From Spirochaetia bacterium (lineage in GTDB: Bacteria; Spirochaetota; Spirochaetia; SZUA-6; Bin103): a stretch of DNA of 64,000 nt. Below, in pieces: positions 41,935-51,768 of this stretch. Both the position numbers and the translations under genes were made by a program. The first letter of the stretch is position 1, and each line of letters opens with the position of its first letter. The DNA is taken from the NCBI GenBank assembly GCA_965203055.1, contig OZ241863.1:640001-704000 (forward strand), in the 5' to 3' direction. The notes below the pieces were generated by a model that did no database searches, was not told the origin of the DNA, and saw nothing but the letters and a program-made list of their open reading frames with translations.

Positions 41935-43116
41935 CTAGCCCCCCGCCGCCGCGGCCGCGGGAAACGGGCGCCGCGGCGTGGCGGCCGCAGCGCCGGCCGC
42001 GGCCGGCAGCGCCGGCAGGGAAACCGCCGGCGGCGGGCCGTCGAGCGGATTCGGCTCGCGCCACAGGCGCCCGTCCCAGGTGCGCACCACCACCTCGCCG
42101 CCGGCGCGTCCGAGGAGGTACTGCGGCGCCAGGGGCACTTTGCCGTAGGGTGTGTCCAGTACGTAGCTGGGCACCCCGAAGCCGGTGGTGTGGCCGCGCA
42201 GCCCCTGCATGATCTCCAGGCCGCGCTCGATGCTGGTGCGCAGGTGCGCGGTGCCGGCCAGCAACTGGCACTGGAAGATGTAGTAGGGCCGCACGCGCAG
42301 GCGCAGCAGCCCGTGGATCAGCTCCCGCATCACTTCCACCGAGTCGTTCACGCCCTTGAGCAGGACCGTCTGATTGCCGAGCGGAACGCCGGCCCGCAGC
42401 AGCCGGTCGCAGGCCTGCGCCGCCTCCGGCGTGAGCTCGCGCGGGTGGTTGAAGTGGGTATTGAGCCACACCGGGTGGCAGCGGGCGAGAATGCGGCACA
42501 GTTCCGGCGTGATGCGCTGCGGCAGGGTGCACGGCGTGCGGGTGCCGCAGCGGATGATCTCCACGTGGTCGATGGCGCGCAGCCGGCCGAGCAGGTCGTC
42601 GAGCCGCTCGTCGGAGAACAGGAACGGGTCCCCGCCGGTGACCAGCACGTCGCGAATCGCCGGCGTGCTGGCGATGTAGTCGATTCCCTCCTGCAGCTTG
42701 CTCCGCGTGTGATGCTCTTCACGGTTGCCGACGAAGTACTCGCGGAAGCAGTAGCGGCAGTAGGTCGGGCAGACGTTGGTGATCTTCAGGGCAACCCGGT
42801 CCGGGTACACGTGCACCACCGCGTCCACCGGCGAGTTGTCCCGCTCGGCCAGCGGATCGGGCAAGCCCAGGTCGTCGCGCAACTCCTGCGCGGACGGTAC
42901 CTGCTGCCGCCGCAGCGGGCAGGCGGGGTCGTCGGGATCCATCAGGCTGGCGTAGTAGGGGGTAATGCTCCAGCGGTAGTGCGCCCCGGCGGCGCGGATC
43001 TGCGCCCGTTCCGCCGCGCTCAGGCGCAGGTAGCGGCCCAACTCCTCCACCGTGGAGATGCGCCGGCGCATCTGCCAGCGCCAGTCGTCCCACTCCTCCG
43101 CCCGCACTCGCTGCAT
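41935..43116 (-). CDS. KamA-family radical SAM aminomutase
   Basis: [45 protein letters not shown]; promoter TGCTATAAT and RBS GAGGAGG. Confidence 0.88.
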   Translation of the reverse strand: MQRVRAEEWDDWRWQMRRRISTVEELGRYLRLSAAERAQIRAAGAHYRWSITPYYASLMDPDDPACPLRRQQVPSAQELRDDLGLPDPLAERDNSPVDAVVHVYPDRVALKITNVCPTYCRYCFREYFVGNREEHHTRSKLQEGIDYIASTPAIRDVLVTGGDPFLFSDERLDDLLGRLRAIDHVEIIRCGTRTPCTLPQRITPELCRILARCHPVWLNTHFNHPRELTPEAAQACDRLLRAGVPLGNQTVLLKGVNDSVEVMRELIHGLLRLRVRPYYIFQCQLLAGTAHLRTSIERGLEIMQGLRGHTTGFGVPSYVLDTPYGKVPLAPQYLLGRAGGEVVVRTWDGRLWREPNPLDGPPPAVSLPALPAAAGAAAATPRRPFPAAAAAGG

Positions 43117-43194
43117 CGCCCCTCCTCGGCGGATTATAGCATGACGCCGCGCGGCCCGTGGCGTTCCCGCGGCGCGCCGGCTACAGTATGGGCG

Positions 43195-43809
43195 ATGGAC
43201 CAAAGTGCCGGCCCGGAACTTGCCGGAAGACTCGGGCAGCAGATGCGCTTCCTGCTGGAAGCTGACAAGCTGAAGCAGGTGCTGCGGCGCAACATGACCC
43301 ATGGCCGGCAGCGCCGGGAGAACTCCGCCGAGCATTCCTGGCACCTGACGTTGATGGCGCTGGTGCTCGCCGACCACGCCGCGGCCCGCGACCTGGACTT
43401 GCTGCGCGTGCTCAAGATGCTGGTGGTGCACGACCTGGTGGAGATCGACGCCGGCGACACCTTCGCCTACGACGAGGCGGCGAAGCGGGATCAGCAGGAA
43501 CGTGAGGAGCGCGCCGCGCAGCGCATCTTCGCCCTGCTGCCGGTAGAGCAGGCCGCCGAGCTGCGCGCCCTGTGGGACGAGTTCGAAGCGCGGCAGAGCG
43601 CCGAGGCGCAGTTCGCCCTGGCGCTGGACCGGTTGCAGCCGATGCTGCTCAACTACGTCAACGGCGGGCCGAGTTGGCAGGAGCACCGGGTGACCGCGCG
43701 GCAGGTGCGCGCCTTCAACGCCTGCATGGAAGCGGGCTCCCCGGAGCTGTGGGACTATGCCCGGGGCCTGGTCGCCGAAGCCGTCCGACGCGGGTTTCTC
43801 GCCCCCTGA
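43195..43809 (+). CDS. HD domain hydrolase
   Basis: EADKLKQVLRR, ENSAEHSWH, HDLVEIDAGD, DRLQP. Confidence 0.88.
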   Translation: MDQSAGPELAGRLGQQMRFLLEADKLKQVLRRNMTHGRQRRENSAEHSWHLTLMALVLADHAAARDLDLLRVLKMLVVHDLVEIDAGDTFAYDEAAKRDQQEREERAAQRIFALLPVEQAAELRALWDEFEARQSAEAQFALALDRLQPMLLNYVNGGPSWQEHRVTARQVRAFNACMEAGSPELWDYARGLVAEAVRRGFLAP

Positions 43810-43840
43810 AGGACTGGCCCCCGTAGCCGAACATTGAATC

Positions 43841-44572
43841 ATGGAACGACGCCGCGACATCGCCCCGGGCCTGCTGGCCGCGGCCGCGCTGCTGCTGGCG
43901 GCGGGCGCGGCGCAGGCGCAGAGCGGGGAACCACCGGAGTACAGCTACGGGGGGATACCGTTCGGGGAGAACGCGCAGAACGTGTTGCGCGACCTCAGCG
44001 GCGCCGCCATCGCCGCCCACGGTGCCGAGGCGCACTTCATCGGGCAGTACGAAGTGCTGCCCGACTTCTTCACCGCCGGCCTGGAGAAGAATCTGTTGGG
44101 AATGTCCCAACTCAACCCGGAGATCACGCGCATGTTTCGCGTTTCCTACGCGGACTGGGACAACGTCGTCGCCTTGGAGCTGTACTTCTTCCGCCCCCCT
44201 GACGCCCCCAACGAGCTCGCCTCCCACCGCCTGTTCCTGATGCGCAAGACGCTGAAGACCGGCGGCACCGGCAACCATACCGAAGTATCGGCGATCCTCG
44301 AGCAGGCGATCACCTCCAGCCTGGGCGGCGCTCCGGCGATCTACGATGTCAAGTTCCTGGCCGGACTGCCGGCGCGGCTCGCCGTGTGGGAGGCCGCGGA
44401 GAGCGATATCTTCCTGCTGGTGTACCAGAACATCTTCACCGCCGGCGACGCCGACATCCTGTACCGGCACCGCGGCTTGTGGCGCAGCTACGTTGCTGCC
44501 TCGCAACGCTACCGGGAGGCGCAGGAAAACCCCGGCACGGAACGGACGCGCGCCGCCGGCAGCAGCTTTTGA
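43841..44572 (+). CDS. Hypothetical exported protein
   Basis: Signal peptide ending AQA; genome-like codon usage. Confidence 0.65.
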   Translation: MERRRDIAPGLLAAAALLLAAGAAQAQSGEPPEYSYGGIPFGENAQNVLRDLSGAAIAAHGAEAHFIGQYEVLPDFFTAGLEKNLLGMSQLNPEITRMFRVSYADWDNVVALELYFFRPPDAPNELASHRLFLMRKTLKTGGTGNHTEVSAILEQAITSSLGGAPAIYDVKFLAGLPARLAVWEAAESDIFLLVYQNIFTAGDADILYRHRGLWRSYVAASQRYREAQENPGTERTRAAGSSF

Positions 44573-44596
44573 GATGAGTCGGAGGATGATTGCGTC

Positions 44597-45538
44597 ATGG
44601 TGGAACTGAAGGTCGGAATCGTCGGCTGCGGCGGGCGCGGGCGCGGGCATGCGCGGCACGTCGCGGGGCTGGAAGGGGTGCGGCTGGAGGCGGTGTGCGA
44701 TCCGGCGGCGGAGCTGCGCGGCGCGGCCGCGGCGGAGTTCGGGATTTCTCGCCAGTACGACTACCCCGACCAGATGCTGGCGGCCGGGCCGCTCGACGCG
44801 GTGGTCGTGAGCGTGCCGCCGGAGCTCAACTGCGCCGCGGCGCTGGCGTGCGTGGAAGCGGGGGGCGCTACCCTGGTGGAGAAGCCGCCGGGGTTGCGCG
44901 CAGCGGAGACGCGGCAACTGCTGGCCGCAGCCGAACGCAGCGGCGCGCGCTGCATGGTGGGGTTCAACCGCCGGTTCAACCCGCTCATCATCGAAGCGCG
45001 CCGGCGCATTGCCGAACGCGGACCGCTGGTTACCGTGGTAGGCGAGTTCCACAAGAACCTGGCGCAGATCGAGGCCCAGGGCAAGTTCGCGGAACCGGTG
45101 CTGGAGCGGTTCTTCTATGAGACGCCGATTCACGCGCTCGACTGCGTGCGCGCGCTGGCCGGGTCGCCGGCGAGCGAGGTGTACGCCTTGTCCCGCAGCG
45201 CCGTGTCGCGCCACCGCGATGCCTACGGCGCCCTCATCCGGTTCGAGAACGGCTGCATCGCCCATCTGATCGCCAACGTCACCAGCGGCGCGCGGCTGGA
45301 GCGCTACGAGCTGCACGGCGCCGGCATCTCCGCCTACCTGGAAGGGGTCAGCCAAGGGCGCGTGGTGGAGGACGGCGCGGTGACCGCACTCACCGGTCAG
45401 GGCGACCGCAGTACCCTGGAACAGGATCGCTACTTCCTGGACTGCGTCCGCCATGGCCGCCCCATCGCCGCGCCCGCCTGCGATCTGACCGAGGCGGTGG
45501 CGACCATGGAGCTGGCGGCGCGCATCTTCGGCGATTGA
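44597..45538 (+). CDS. Gfo/Idh/MocA oxidoreductase
   Basis: GIVGCGGRG, EKP, GFNRRF, IHALD. Confidence 0.9.
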   Translation: MVELKVGIVGCGGRGRGHARHVAGLEGVRLEAVCDPAAELRGAAAAEFGISRQYDYPDQMLAAGPLDAVVVSVPPELNCAAALACVEAGGATLVEKPPGLRAAETRQLLAAAERSGARCMVGFNRRFNPLIIEARRRIAERGPLVTVVGEFHKNLAQIEAQGKFAEPVLERFFYETPIHALDCVRALAGSPASEVYALSRSAVSRHRDAYGALIRFENGCIAHLIANVTSGARLERYELHGAGISAYLEGVSQGRVVEDGAVTALTGQGDRSTLEQDRYFLDCVRHGRPIAAPACDLTEAVATMELAARIFGD

Positions 45539-45592
45539 CGGCGGCTGCGCCGCCGCGGTCGCCGATCACCGCGGCGGCCGGTGGCCCCGCCG

Positions 45593-47317
45593 TCAGCGGG
45601 CCGCGGCCAGGGCGGGGGCGGCAGCGGGCTGCCGCCGGGAAGAAGCCGCCAGGCTGCGGTTCAGGGCCGAGATCAGCGCCAGCGCGGACGCCTTGGCAAT
45701 GTTGGGGTTGGTCCCCGCCCCGAACCGCTGGGTGCCGTCGCCGCGGGCTATCTGGATGTAGGCGATGGCGGTGGAATCGGTGCCCTGGCCGAGGGCGTGC
45801 TCGGAGTAGTGGGTGAGCCGGAAGTCGTTCAGCCCCGCCTGCCCCAGGGCGTCCTTGAGCGCGTCGATCGGCCCGTTGCCGGTTCCGCGCAGCTCCCTCT
45901 CGGCGCCGTCCACGACGACGGTCAAGGTGCCGTGCATGCGTGAACTGTCCTCGGTATCGCTGGCGATGGCGTAGTCGAGGAAGCGCAGCGGGGCGTCGAC
46001 CTCCAGGTACTCACGCTGGAAGGCGCGCCAGATCTCATGCGCCTCCACTTCGCGGCCGCTGCGGTCGCTCAGCTCCTGCACCACCTGTCCGAACTCCGGC
46101 TGCATGGTCTTGGGTAGCTGGCAGCCGAACTCGCTCTCCATCACGTAGGCGACGCCGCCTTTGCCGGACTGGGAGTTGATGCGGATGATCGCCTGATAGG
46201 AGCGGCCGACGTCGGTGGGATCGATCGGCAGGTAGGGGACCTCCCACCGATCGCCGGGCGTTTCGCTTTGCGCGGTCATGCCCTTGTTGATCGCGTCCTG
46301 GTGCGAGCCGGAGAAGGCGGTGAACACCAGTTCGCCGGCGTAGGGATGGCGCGCGCCGACCGGCAGCTCGGTGCAGTAGTCGGAAACTTCGATCAGGCGG
46401 CTCAGGTCGTGCAAGTCGAGGCCGGGGTCCACGCCCTGGGTGTACAGGTTGAGGGCCACGGTGACGATGTCCACGTTGCCGGTGCGTTCGCCGTTGCCGA
46501 ACAGGGTGCCTTCCACCCGCTCGCCGCCGGCCAGCAGGCCCAACTCGGTGGCCGCCACCCCGGTGCCGCGGTCGTTGTGGGTGTGCAGGCTGAGGATGAT
46601 GCTGTCGCGGCGCTGCACGCGGCGCAGGAACCACTCGATCTGGTCGGCGTACACGTTGGGGGTGGCCAGCTCGACCGTTGCCGGCAGGTTGATGATCATG
46701 CGCCGGTCCGGGCTGGGATCCCAGGCCTCGATCACCGCGTCGCAAATTTCCACCGCGAAGTCCAGCTCGGTGCCGGTGAAGCTCTCCGGCGAGTATTCGT
46801 AGAGAATCTCGGTGGCGGTCTGCTCGGCCAGCTCCCGCACCAGCCGGGTGCCGTCCACCGCGATGCCGCGGATGGCGGCGCGGTCCATGCGAAACACGAC
46901 GCGGCGCTGCAGCTCGGAGGTGGAGTTGTAGAGATGGACGATGGCGCGCGGCGTGCCGGCGATCGCCTCGAACGTGCGCCGGATCAGGTGCTCGCGGGAC
47001 TGGGTGAGCACCTGCGGATATACGCCGGCGGGAATCAGGCCGCGCTCGATCAGGGTGCGCGTGAAGTCGAACTCCACGGCGGAGGCGGAGGGGAACCCCA
47101 CCTCGATCTCCTTGAAGCCGATGTCCGCCAGCAGTGAGAACATGCGCAGCTTCTGGTTCAGGTTCATGGGGTTGATGAGGGCCTGGTTGCCGTCGCGCAG
47201 ATCGACGCTGCACCACCGCGGCGCGCGCTGCAGCGTGCGGTTCGGCCACTGCCGGTCGGGCAGATCGATGGTCGGGAAGGGGCGGTACTTGGTGATGGTG
47301 CCTCGCTGCACGTTCAT
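45593..47317 (-). CDS. leuA: 2-isopropylmalate synthase (yeast/actinobacterial type)
   Basis: WCSVDLRDGNQAL, YSPESF, LHTHNDRG, GNGERTGN, SGSHQDAI, INSQSGKGG; RBS GAGGAGG. Confidence 0.96.
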   Translation of the reverse strand: MNVQRGTITKYRPFPTIDLPDRQWPNRTLQRAPRWCSVDLRDGNQALINPMNLNQKLRMFSLLADIGFKEIEVGFPSASAVEFDFTRTLIERGLIPAGVYPQVLTQSREHLIRRTFEAIAGTPRAIVHLYNSTSELQRRVVFRMDRAAIRGIAVDGTRLVRELAEQTATEILYEYSPESFTGTELDFAVEICDAVIEAWDPSPDRRMIINLPATVELATPNVYADQIEWFLRRVQRRDSIILSLHTHNDRGTGVAATELGLLAGGERVEGTLFGNGERTGNVDIVTVALNLYTQGVDPGLDLHDLSRLIEVSDYCTELPVGARHPYAGELVFTAFSGSHQDAINKGMTAQSETPGDRWEVPYLPIDPTDVGRSYQAIIRINSQSGKGGVAYVMESEFGCQLPKTMQPEFGQVVQELSDRSGREVEAHEIWRAFQREYLEVDAPLRFLDYAIASDTEDSSRMHGTLTVVVDGAERELRGTGNGPIDALKDALGQAGLNDFRLTHYSEHALGQGTDSTAIAYIQIARGDGTQRFGAGTNPNIAKASALALISALNRSLAASSRRQPAAAPALAAAR

Positions 47318-47338
47318 CCTCCTCGATGGCGCTGCCAT

Positions 47339-47390
47339 AAAAAAAGCCCAGGTCAGCAGTCGATCACCTGATCGACTGTGAGCCTGGGCT
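47339..47390 (-). terminator. Intrinsic terminator of the leuA attenuator
   Basis: AGCCCAGG...CAGTCGAT-loop-ATCGACTG...CCTGGGCT followed by a T-run on the minus strand. Confidence 0.85.
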
Positions 47391-47411
47391 GCTGCCTTGC
47401 TGCGCCGTTCG

Positions 47412-47504
47412 CTACATGCGGTCTCCGGCGGAGCACGCGGCAACCCAGGCCGGTAGGCCCAACAGGGTGAGGAGCAGTTGCTGTAGTGACGGAAGCTGTC
47501 GCAT
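47412..47504 (-). CDS. Leucine-rich leader peptide of leuA (30 aa)
   Basis: MRQLPSLQQLLLTLLGLPAWVAACSAGDRM*, 8 Leu codons including CTA x2, CTT and TTG; RBS AGGA; promoter TTGCCA-N18-TAGCTT upstream. Confidence 0.85.
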   Translation of the reverse strand: MRQLPSLQQLLLTLLGLPAWVAACSAGDRM

Positions 47505-48046
47505 GTCCTGACCGAAGTCCGCACGTAAGCTACCCCGGACCGGCACCGCGTGGCAAGTGCCTCCGAAGTGAAGCATACCGCCGAGGAGCAGCCGCCCGGC
47601 GCCGGCGCGGCTGCAGAGGGGAGGTGCCGCTGATTCGGAGACAGGCGCCGCGCGGGCCGGTTGGCGGCCAACGCTGCCGGCAGCGGGCCGTCTACCGCCG
47701 GCAACACCGGAAGGCCAGCTCCAGCACCTGTCAACCATGCGCCGGCGCGGTGCTATCGGCACTCAGCCACTCGGTGGGCAACCGGGACCACCTCAGTTCA
47801 CGGTGACGGCCAACCCGACCACGAGCACGGCCATGACACCGACACGGATTGCAGCGGCCCGTACTGCCAAGCCCTTGGTGATCAGCAGCTTCTCGTTGAA
47901 GGCGACCGACTCGGCAAGCCCGTCACCGATCCATTCCGTCAGCCCGGCCTCCTCGTACTCCGGCGAATGGAGGTGGATGGGCTCCCTAGTGTTCGGCGTC
48001 ATCATCACGGCCGTCGTGACTACGGCGTCGTCGATCGGCCGGGTCG

Positions 48047-48075
48047 TTGACGTATGTGTTCCGAAGGGGTACTAT
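48047..48075 (+). promoter_or_regulatory. Near-consensus sigma70 promoter upstream of the Rpn remnant and SDH protease
   Basis: TTGACG-N17-TACTAT. Confidence 0.65.
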
Positions 48076-48085
48076 ATGAGCAAAG

Positions 48086-48220
48086 GGCGGACACGTTGCA
48101 AGCGCTGGATGAGCTGACGGGCAGGACGTCGGCGCCGAGAGGGAGTTGATGCCCCTTGGCGAGATGTTGCGTCGAGAAGCCCGGCGGCACCTGAGATCAA
48201 ATAATTGTGCCATCCTTTGA
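48086..48220 (+). pseudogene. Decayed fragment of an Rpn gene (internal-start region)
   Basis: 48086-48116 matches 56263-56293 at 29/31 nt; then RBS + MPLGEMLRREARR vs MTCGEILRREGE in the intact Rpn. Confidence 0.75.
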
Positions 48221-48245
48221 ATTGTTTGGGGAAAGGAGTAACCGA

Positions 48246-49160
48246 ATGGCGAAACCGCAGTTGTCAGAAGAAAGAACAATCGCTGCTGTCGAGAAGGAGA
48301 TTGACGATGCGTGCAACGAACTCGCCAAGATTCGGAACTCGAAATGCTTCCCGCTGCTGCTCAGTGACACCAGTATACGAAACACCACTGTCGATAGGGT
48401 CTACGATCGGTTGCGTGACGGGAAGTACGACGGTGGCTCCTTGGATGTCGTCATAGATTCCAGCGGAGGCGATATTGATGCGGCGTATAATCTTTCCCTA
48501 CTTTTTCGTCGGTATGGGAGCGGCAGTCTGACCTTTTTCATCCCGAGATGGGCAAAGAGTGCGGCGACACTTTTGATCTGTGCCGGTGATGAGATCCACA
48601 TGACTCCCGTCGCAGAACTGGGACCATTGGATCCTCAGATCACTGCAACTAACCCGTTCGAGCGTCGTGTAGAATCGTTTTCTCCTCTCCACATAGAATC
48701 GACTCTTCAGCTTATCCGGGACGAGTTTGACAATGGTAGCTCGAGACTGGCCGAAGGACTCATAAATAGGCTGCAGTTTCCTCTTACGCTCGGAAGCATC
48801 AAGAAATCTCTTGATGTAGGACGCGAATATGTCGAAAGGCTTCTCCTATCCAGAATGTTGAAAGAGAACAAGGAAGCTGTCGAGAAGATCGGCAAGCGGC
48901 TGACGACTGGATATGCGGATCATAGTTGGTGCATTACCGTTGATGAGGCACAGGAGATGGGACTGAAGGTGAGCGAAATCAAGGATGAATCCTTGGATAT
49001 AGTTTGGAAGATACATAAACTAAATAGCGAGAAGTCAGATCTCATTAGTCAAGAAAGAGAAGATAAGTTAAAGGCAAAATTGAAGGATTTGCCTCCCGAA
49101 CTGTTGAATGCATTATTGTCCTCTGGGATTGATGGGCAGAAAGATAAAGATCGGAGTTAG
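48246..49160 (+). CDS. SDH-family ClpP-fold serine protease
   Basis: DSSGGD, AKSAATLL (Ser), ELGPLDPQ (Asp), YADHSWCI (His); RBS AAGGAG; low GC. Confidence 0.88.
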   Translation: MAKPQLSEERTIAAVEKEIDDACNELAKIRNSKCFPLLLSDTSIRNTTVDRVYDRLRDGKYDGGSLDVVIDSSGGDIDAAYNLSLLFRRYGSGSLTFFIPRWAKSAATLLICAGDEIHMTPVAELGPLDPQITATNPFERRVESFSPLHIESTLQLIRDEFDNGSSRLAEGLINRLQFPLTLGSIKKSLDVGREYVERLLLSRMLKENKEAVEKIGKRLTTGYADHSWCITVDEAQEMGLKVSEIKDESLDIVWKIHKLNSEKSDLISQEREDKLKAKLKDLPPELLNALLSSGIDGQKDKDRS

Positions 49161-49169
49161 GAGGAGAAT

Positions 49170-49412
49170 ATGGTCGACTATTCAGCGATACCGACACGGC
49201 TTGCGGCCGCTTTGCTGCTTGCCAGAGGTGAAATATCTTTCGGTGAGATCAGGGCTCTTCCTTTGGTCGAAGATGAGAAATTCGCACTTGCCATAGCGGA
49301 CATACTGGCGCAAAGCTTCAGGGTTGAGCGGTCCGAACGGCGGGTGGATCAGTCGGCCTCGCAGTTTGAAGATGTGATTCGACTTTTAGCGTCGCCCGCT
49401 GCAGGAAGATAG
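49170..49412 (+). CDS. Hypothetical 80-aa protein, coupled to the protease
   Basis: RBS AGGAGGAG; 9 nt after the protease stop; same low GC. Confidence 0.7.
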   Translation: MVDYSAIPTRLAAALLLARGEISFGEIRALPLVEDEKFALAIADILAQSFRVERSERRVDQSASQFEDVIRLLASPAAGR

Positions 49413-49698
49413 CGCTTAGCTTTAGCTTCTGTTCTCGAAATGCACCGGTGTGCGGATAGGAGGTCGGCTCAGCGTGGACAGGCCGTAAACAGAGCGCTTC
49501 CGGGTTTCGTGCGTGGGTAGGGCGTCTTGACGGCAGCGCCTGCGTCAGCAAGTCTACGCTGGCGCCATTGCATGACAGGAACGGGACGGCAGGATGTTGT
49601 CTCATGCCTACGGCGGGATCGGGAAGCGGCAGGTGGTCAGCCCAACGCCGGACGATCGCTTTCCCACGCGCGTGGTTCTTGTCCACTAGCGGCTCATC

Positions 49699-50451
49699 GA
49701 AGCCTTGCAGCAGGTCCAGGCCGGCGGCGTGCAGCGCATTCGCCGCGCGCTATGAACAGCACGGCCAACGCTTCAGCATCGCCACCATCGACCAGGACGC
49801 TACCATCGTCGAGTCCCACAAGAAGGCCACCTTCCCTCATTACCAGGGTGGCCGCGGCTATCAGCCGATGCTCGCCCTGTGGGCGGAAGCCGACCTGATC
49901 GTCGCCGACCAGTTCCGCGACGGCAACGTGCCTGCCCACCAGGAACCGCTGACCTGTTGCCAACTGGCGTTCGCCGCACTGCCCGACACCATCACCACGC
50001 GCTACTTCCGCGGTGACAGCGGTTGCTATGAGAGCAACCTGTTGGACTGGCTCAGCGACCCGCAACGCCAGCAGGAGCCCGGCGGCGGCATCGGCTTCGC
50101 CATCAGCGCCAGGATGAGTCCCGAACTGCGCCGCGCCGCCACCCTCCCGGAAGTGAAGCCGACGGCACCATGCGGCAGTGGGCGGAGAGCTGTTCTACGT
50201 CCCTAGCAAGAAGACCGAGCACAAGGACAGCCAGCCGCTGCGCTACCTCGGACTGCGGCTGCGCAAGGCGCAGGGCGAGTTGTTCGCCGACGGCAGCGAC
50301 CGCCACTACCACGCGGTGGTGACCAACCTGCCGTCGGACGCGCCGCGGCTATTGCAGTGGCACCGGGAGAAGGCCGGCACCATCGAGCACGCCCATGACG
50401 AACTGAAGAATGGCTTGGCGGCCGGCCACATGCCGAGTCAACGGTTCGCGG
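49699..50451 (+). mobile_element. IS1380-family transposase relic (frameshifted, both ends missing)
   Basis: ATIDQDAT, GYQPM, FRDGNVPA, RGDS, VVTN, HREKAGTIE..HDELKN, PSQRFAA spread across several frames. Confidence 0.82.
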
Positions 50452-50582
50452 CGTGCACGCCAAGCTCAGCGCCGCCTCGGTGGGATATGACCGGCGGCAC
50501 CGTTGACACGCGCCGCTATTTGCGTCAAGTATGCGCCCAACCACCGCTACCCGCGGTAGTCGCGCCTCCAGGAGAGAGACAC

Positions 50583-51758
50583 ATGGACCAGAATGGCCTG
50601 CCGGACTGGTATGACGACTATGCCGAAGACCAGGACGAACTGCAGATCGAAGAATACGACATCACCGCTTCTCCGAACGACTTCAACGTGATGACCCTCC
50701 ACAGCTTCGTGGATACCGGATCGGTACGAATTCCGGGATTCCAGCGTAACTTCGTGTGGGATATCGGACGGTCCTCGAGGTTGATCGAGTCACTTATCCT
50801 TGGCCTACCGGTCCCGCAACTCTTTCTCTACGAACAGGAGCGAAACAAGTTTCTCGTGATCGACGGCCAGCAACGTCTGATGTCGATCTACTATTTCATC
50901 AAGAAACGCTTTCCTCGAAAAGAGCGGCGGGCCGATATTCGCCGCATTTTCGATCAGGAGGGAACTATCCCTGATAAAGTACTATATGACGACAAGTATT
51001 TCCAGACATTCAACCTGAGACTGGCGAGCTCGCTTCCGAATCGAGAGAATAAATTCAGAGGCTTGAACTATGCTACGCTCGGCGACTACAAAACTCAACT
51101 CGACCTTCGTCCGATACGAAATATTGTGGTAAAGCAGAACGCTCCATCGGGAGACGATTCGTCGATGTTCGAGGTGTTCAATCGACTCAACACGGGTGGC
51201 GTAAACCTGAGACCACAGGAGATCCGAACGAGTATGTATCACTCCGACTTCTATCTTATGCTCTATCGGATCAATACGGAGAATAAGAAATGGAGAACGC
51301 TGCTGAAATCAGACGCTCCCGACTTACACATGAAGGATATAGAGATTCTACTCCGAGGTTTTGCCATGCTCTTGGATGGTCACAAATACGCTCCATCAAT
51401 GGTCAGATTCCTCAATCTATTCTCCAAGAAATGCATGAATCACAGCGCCGAAATAAATGAATATCTCGAGAGATTGTTTGGGTCCTTTCTCCATGCCTGC
51501 TCAGCATTGCCCGACAACGTTTTTTTCAACGAGGGTAACAACCGATTCAACATAGCACTTTACGAGGCAGTATTTGCCGTATCAGGAAAGGGAGCCATAG
51601 CGGAGAAGAGACCGATAGATGGTTTGCTCGATACCCGCAAGATTCGTGAACTGGAACAGGACAAGGAATTTTCCCAAGCATCGTCGGTGAGTACCACTAG
51701 CACGGCTAACGTGAAAAAACGTCTGGATAGGGCGGCTGCCATCGTCGGATCCCTGTAG
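50583..51758 (+). CDS. DUF262 (GmrS/ParB-like) domain protein
   Basis: PGFQRNFVW, LIESLILGLPVP, VIDGQQRL, FNRLNTGG; RBS AGGAG; low GC. Confidence 0.9.
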   Translation: MDQNGLPDWYDDYAEDQDELQIEEYDITASPNDFNVMTLHSFVDTGSVRIPGFQRNFVWDIGRSSRLIESLILGLPVPQLFLYEQERNKFLVIDGQQRLMSIYYFIKKRFPRKERRADIRRIFDQEGTIPDKVLYDDKYFQTFNLRLASSLPNRENKFRGLNYATLGDYKTQLDLRPIRNIVVKQNAPSGDDSSMFEVFNRLNTGGVNLRPQEIRTSMYHSDFYLMLYRINTENKKWRTLLKSDAPDLHMKDIEILLRGFAMLLDGHKYAPSMVRFLNLFSKKCMNHSAEINEYLERLFGSFLHACSALPDNVFFNEGNNRFNIALYEAVFAVSGKGAIAEKRPIDGLLDTRKIRELEQDKEFSQASSVSTTSTANVKKRLDRAAAIVGSL

Positions 51759-51768
51759 CGGTCGAGTA

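Noticed and set aside
47793..48008. 71-aa minus-strand ORF with a C-terminal hydrophobic helix
   Set aside because: Possibly a gene remnant, but there is no clear start signal or family; insufficient support
49413..49698. Spacer between the 80-aa gene and the IS relic, with several short ORFs
   Set aside because: No recognisable protein, RNA structure or IS terminal repeat found by eye
50178..50582. Apparent transposase-DUF262 fusion ORF
   Set aside because: DUF262 has its own SD and ATG at 50583; in-frame continuity with the IS relic is probably chance
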